A program made the translations under genes and the position numbers. From Phoronis australis (lineage: Eukaryota; Animalia; Phoronida): a stretch of 64,000 bases of DNA. The stretch spans positions 2,145,114 to 2,209,113 of the forward strand of contig NMRA01000005.1 in the NCBI GenBank assembly GCA_002633005.1, written 5' to 3'. Below are positions 61,781 to 64,000 of this stretch, piece by piece. The notes beneath the pieces were generated by a model, which was not told the origin of the DNA, searched no databases, and was given only the letters and a program-made list of their open reading frames with translations. Each line of letters begins with the position of its first letter. Position 1 is the stretch's first letter.

Positions 61781-64000
61781 CGTTGAGATTTTCACATTAA
61801 TACTTCATTAACTTATGTAGCAGCGTCTAGCAATCAAATGTGAACTAAATTGCTGTGCAAATCTATATAAATCAAATCAAACCATTAGGTTATAAAAGAT
61901 CTATTAGCGAAGGGCAAGATAATATAAGGCTTGCTTAAAAATGTATTATATCATACATCATTATTCATAGACAACAGACTCGCAACTCCGATATTTTATT
62001 ATGAAATTCCCAGCGGAGGCGCTTTTTACTTCGCCACATCAAAGATCATACACAACATATTCGCCACTTGTTTTCCTATGAAATTTACAAAGGAGGTGCC
62101 ACTCCCTTCTAATGCGCATTAGCTTCCGTGTTGTAAACATACGACGTACGTGCCGGAAGTTAAGCGAGCTATCACACGAGGCTCAGCAAAGTCGCGGCCA
62201 ATAGTTTGTCCGGCGCGACTTGTGAGCAAATGACTGATCTTGTGCATTGAGAAATAAAACTGCGATGGCAGTGTAAGTACTACTACAGTCAATGGTTTCA
62301 TAGACACACTTCTTGTGCTAATATCAGCTTCCAGTTAATTTATTTGGACGAGAAATTCTAGCTGAGTTCCACAGATCCAAGAATCTCGAGTAAGGAAGCT
62401 AGAGTGGCTTGTAATACTTAACTATATTTCCCGAAGTCTCCCATGATCTTGAGCTTTCGTGAGGTGCCTCTACGGAACGCACGTCCTGTAGACTAAACGA
62501 TTTCGGCCACATTGACCGTTCAACGCCTCTTAAGGGGAATTTTTACATTAGTTCAGGAAGTGAAGCCGAACAATTCAAGCTCTAACTGTTATTAGCAGAC
62601 GTAAAATAGGCTTTCTGGGCAGGCCACTACTGTTGAAGAAGGGCGTCAGTACCTACTAATGCGCCAGGTCACAGATGGTGAGCATCGAGAATACACTGAG
62701 TTGGTTGTCTATGCACTATAGACTACATTTGTATGGAAAGGGGTAACTTCTGAAAGATGTCGGAGTATGATACCCCTCTTCCCAATATTTGTCTTTTTTA
62801 AATAATTAAAATTGTGCACGTTGGTCACGGATAGAAAATGGTGGACTAAGAATCTTTTCAAAGGAGCGTTTGAATCAGAGCGTTTTAAAAAATGGTTTTG
62901 TGTGGACCATTTATCCGTTTGCGACCAATTTGTCCTGCCCTGTAACTGGAGATTGTCTTAGGGTAATTAAGTTTTCCCGCCAATTTTCCCATGTGGTACT
63001 CTGAGTAGACACGAGACAAGATGTTCCAGAAACAAGTTCACGGCTATTACCGTGATAACGTTTTATTCTCGAGTAGCATTCTCATCTAACGAGCCTTTCT
63101 TACAAATTAGCTTCAGATCGACTCCTTTCACCAGTTTAAGTACTGAAATAGGATAGTGTTAGAAAGTATTAGGTAATGCAATTTTAATCCAAATTTTAGA
63201 TCAATTAATATCAGAATTACAATTCATTTTGAATGTGCTCAATTAATGTCGCCATAGAAAATATATAGAGCTAGTTGATGGTACGATATTTTTGTTCTTG
63301 ACGCAGCGCCAATCATCTACATTAACAAAATAGACGCTGAAATGTCATTTTGTCTTTGCTGTAATGTTCATGCGCGTGGTAATGGAAAATGAAAGTTCTT
63401 ACCTCAGACCAACAGGAAATCATTAATGTTTTGGCCGTAAACATGAACTGTTACATCGCCCGTTCAAGAACTGAATTACTGATGCCATTGTTCAATTTTC
63501 TAAATCTCAATACACTATTACACTGATAGAAAAGTTCGCAGATAATAGAACAATTAGTTGTTAACATGGTTTGATCAAATATTTATATTTTCATGAACCT
63601 TATCGTCAGTCAATGACTGAGGTTCTCGACACAATCGCAAAAATGTTGTCCCTGCGCGGTGATGGTTAATATAAATGATTTTGTGTGGATAATTTTTTCT
63701 CAATGACATTATTTCTGAAACCATAAGCTATATTTTAGCTGGAAAAAAGAATAATAAAGCACAAGACTCGAGCCTACAATGTTGTAATGACTTCAACAGC
63801 TCCATGCGTTTGTAACTAGGACCATACTGGCTGTTCCATAAGCGATGATTTCTCACCGAAAGTGCGTCGCGAGTGTCTTGGGTGTACGGAACGCAGAGCT
63901 ATTCTTCATGCCTGAACTGCAACAGTGAGAGCAAAATTTTACTCTCTGTTTTTGGTGTTATCCCTCAAGTCAAAGGCAAATTCTTAAATCTTCATCTTTA

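Overview
AT-rich, intron-containing metazoan (invertebrate-like) draft-assembly DNA, not prokaryotic. Most entries in the ORF track are noise or exon fragments. I rebuilt four protein-coding genes by hand from GT-AG splice sites with consistent phases. (1) The 3' 17 coding exons of KNTC1/ROD (+, 146-10837). (2) A 10-exon, ~558-aa coiled-coil protein I do not recognise, with an N-terminal RVxF motif and a C-terminal CaaX box (-, 12925-25349). (3) A single-exon-CDS DHHC palmitoyltransferase of the ZDHHC22/24 type (+, 31305-32195). (4) A 9-exon, 361-aa PhyH-family Fe(II)/2-oxoglutarate dioxygenase (-, 33901-53007). Introns and intergenic DNA hold many MITEs, an internally deleted TTAA-flanked Kolobok-like transposon, THAP relics and two duplications flanking Ns that look like uncollapsed haplotypes. 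The most unusual observations are: a tandem array of decayed copies of a KNTC1 acceptor/exon junction, with early stops and an AG|GT ratchet-like site; two candidate KNTC1 micro-exons, one of them poison; two Penelope-type minimal hammerhead-ribozyme-like motifs on the sense strand of the coiled-coil gene; and that RVxF/coiled-coil/CaaX protein sitting tail-to-tail with ROD. No searches or folding programs were run, so all family calls rest on motif recognition.
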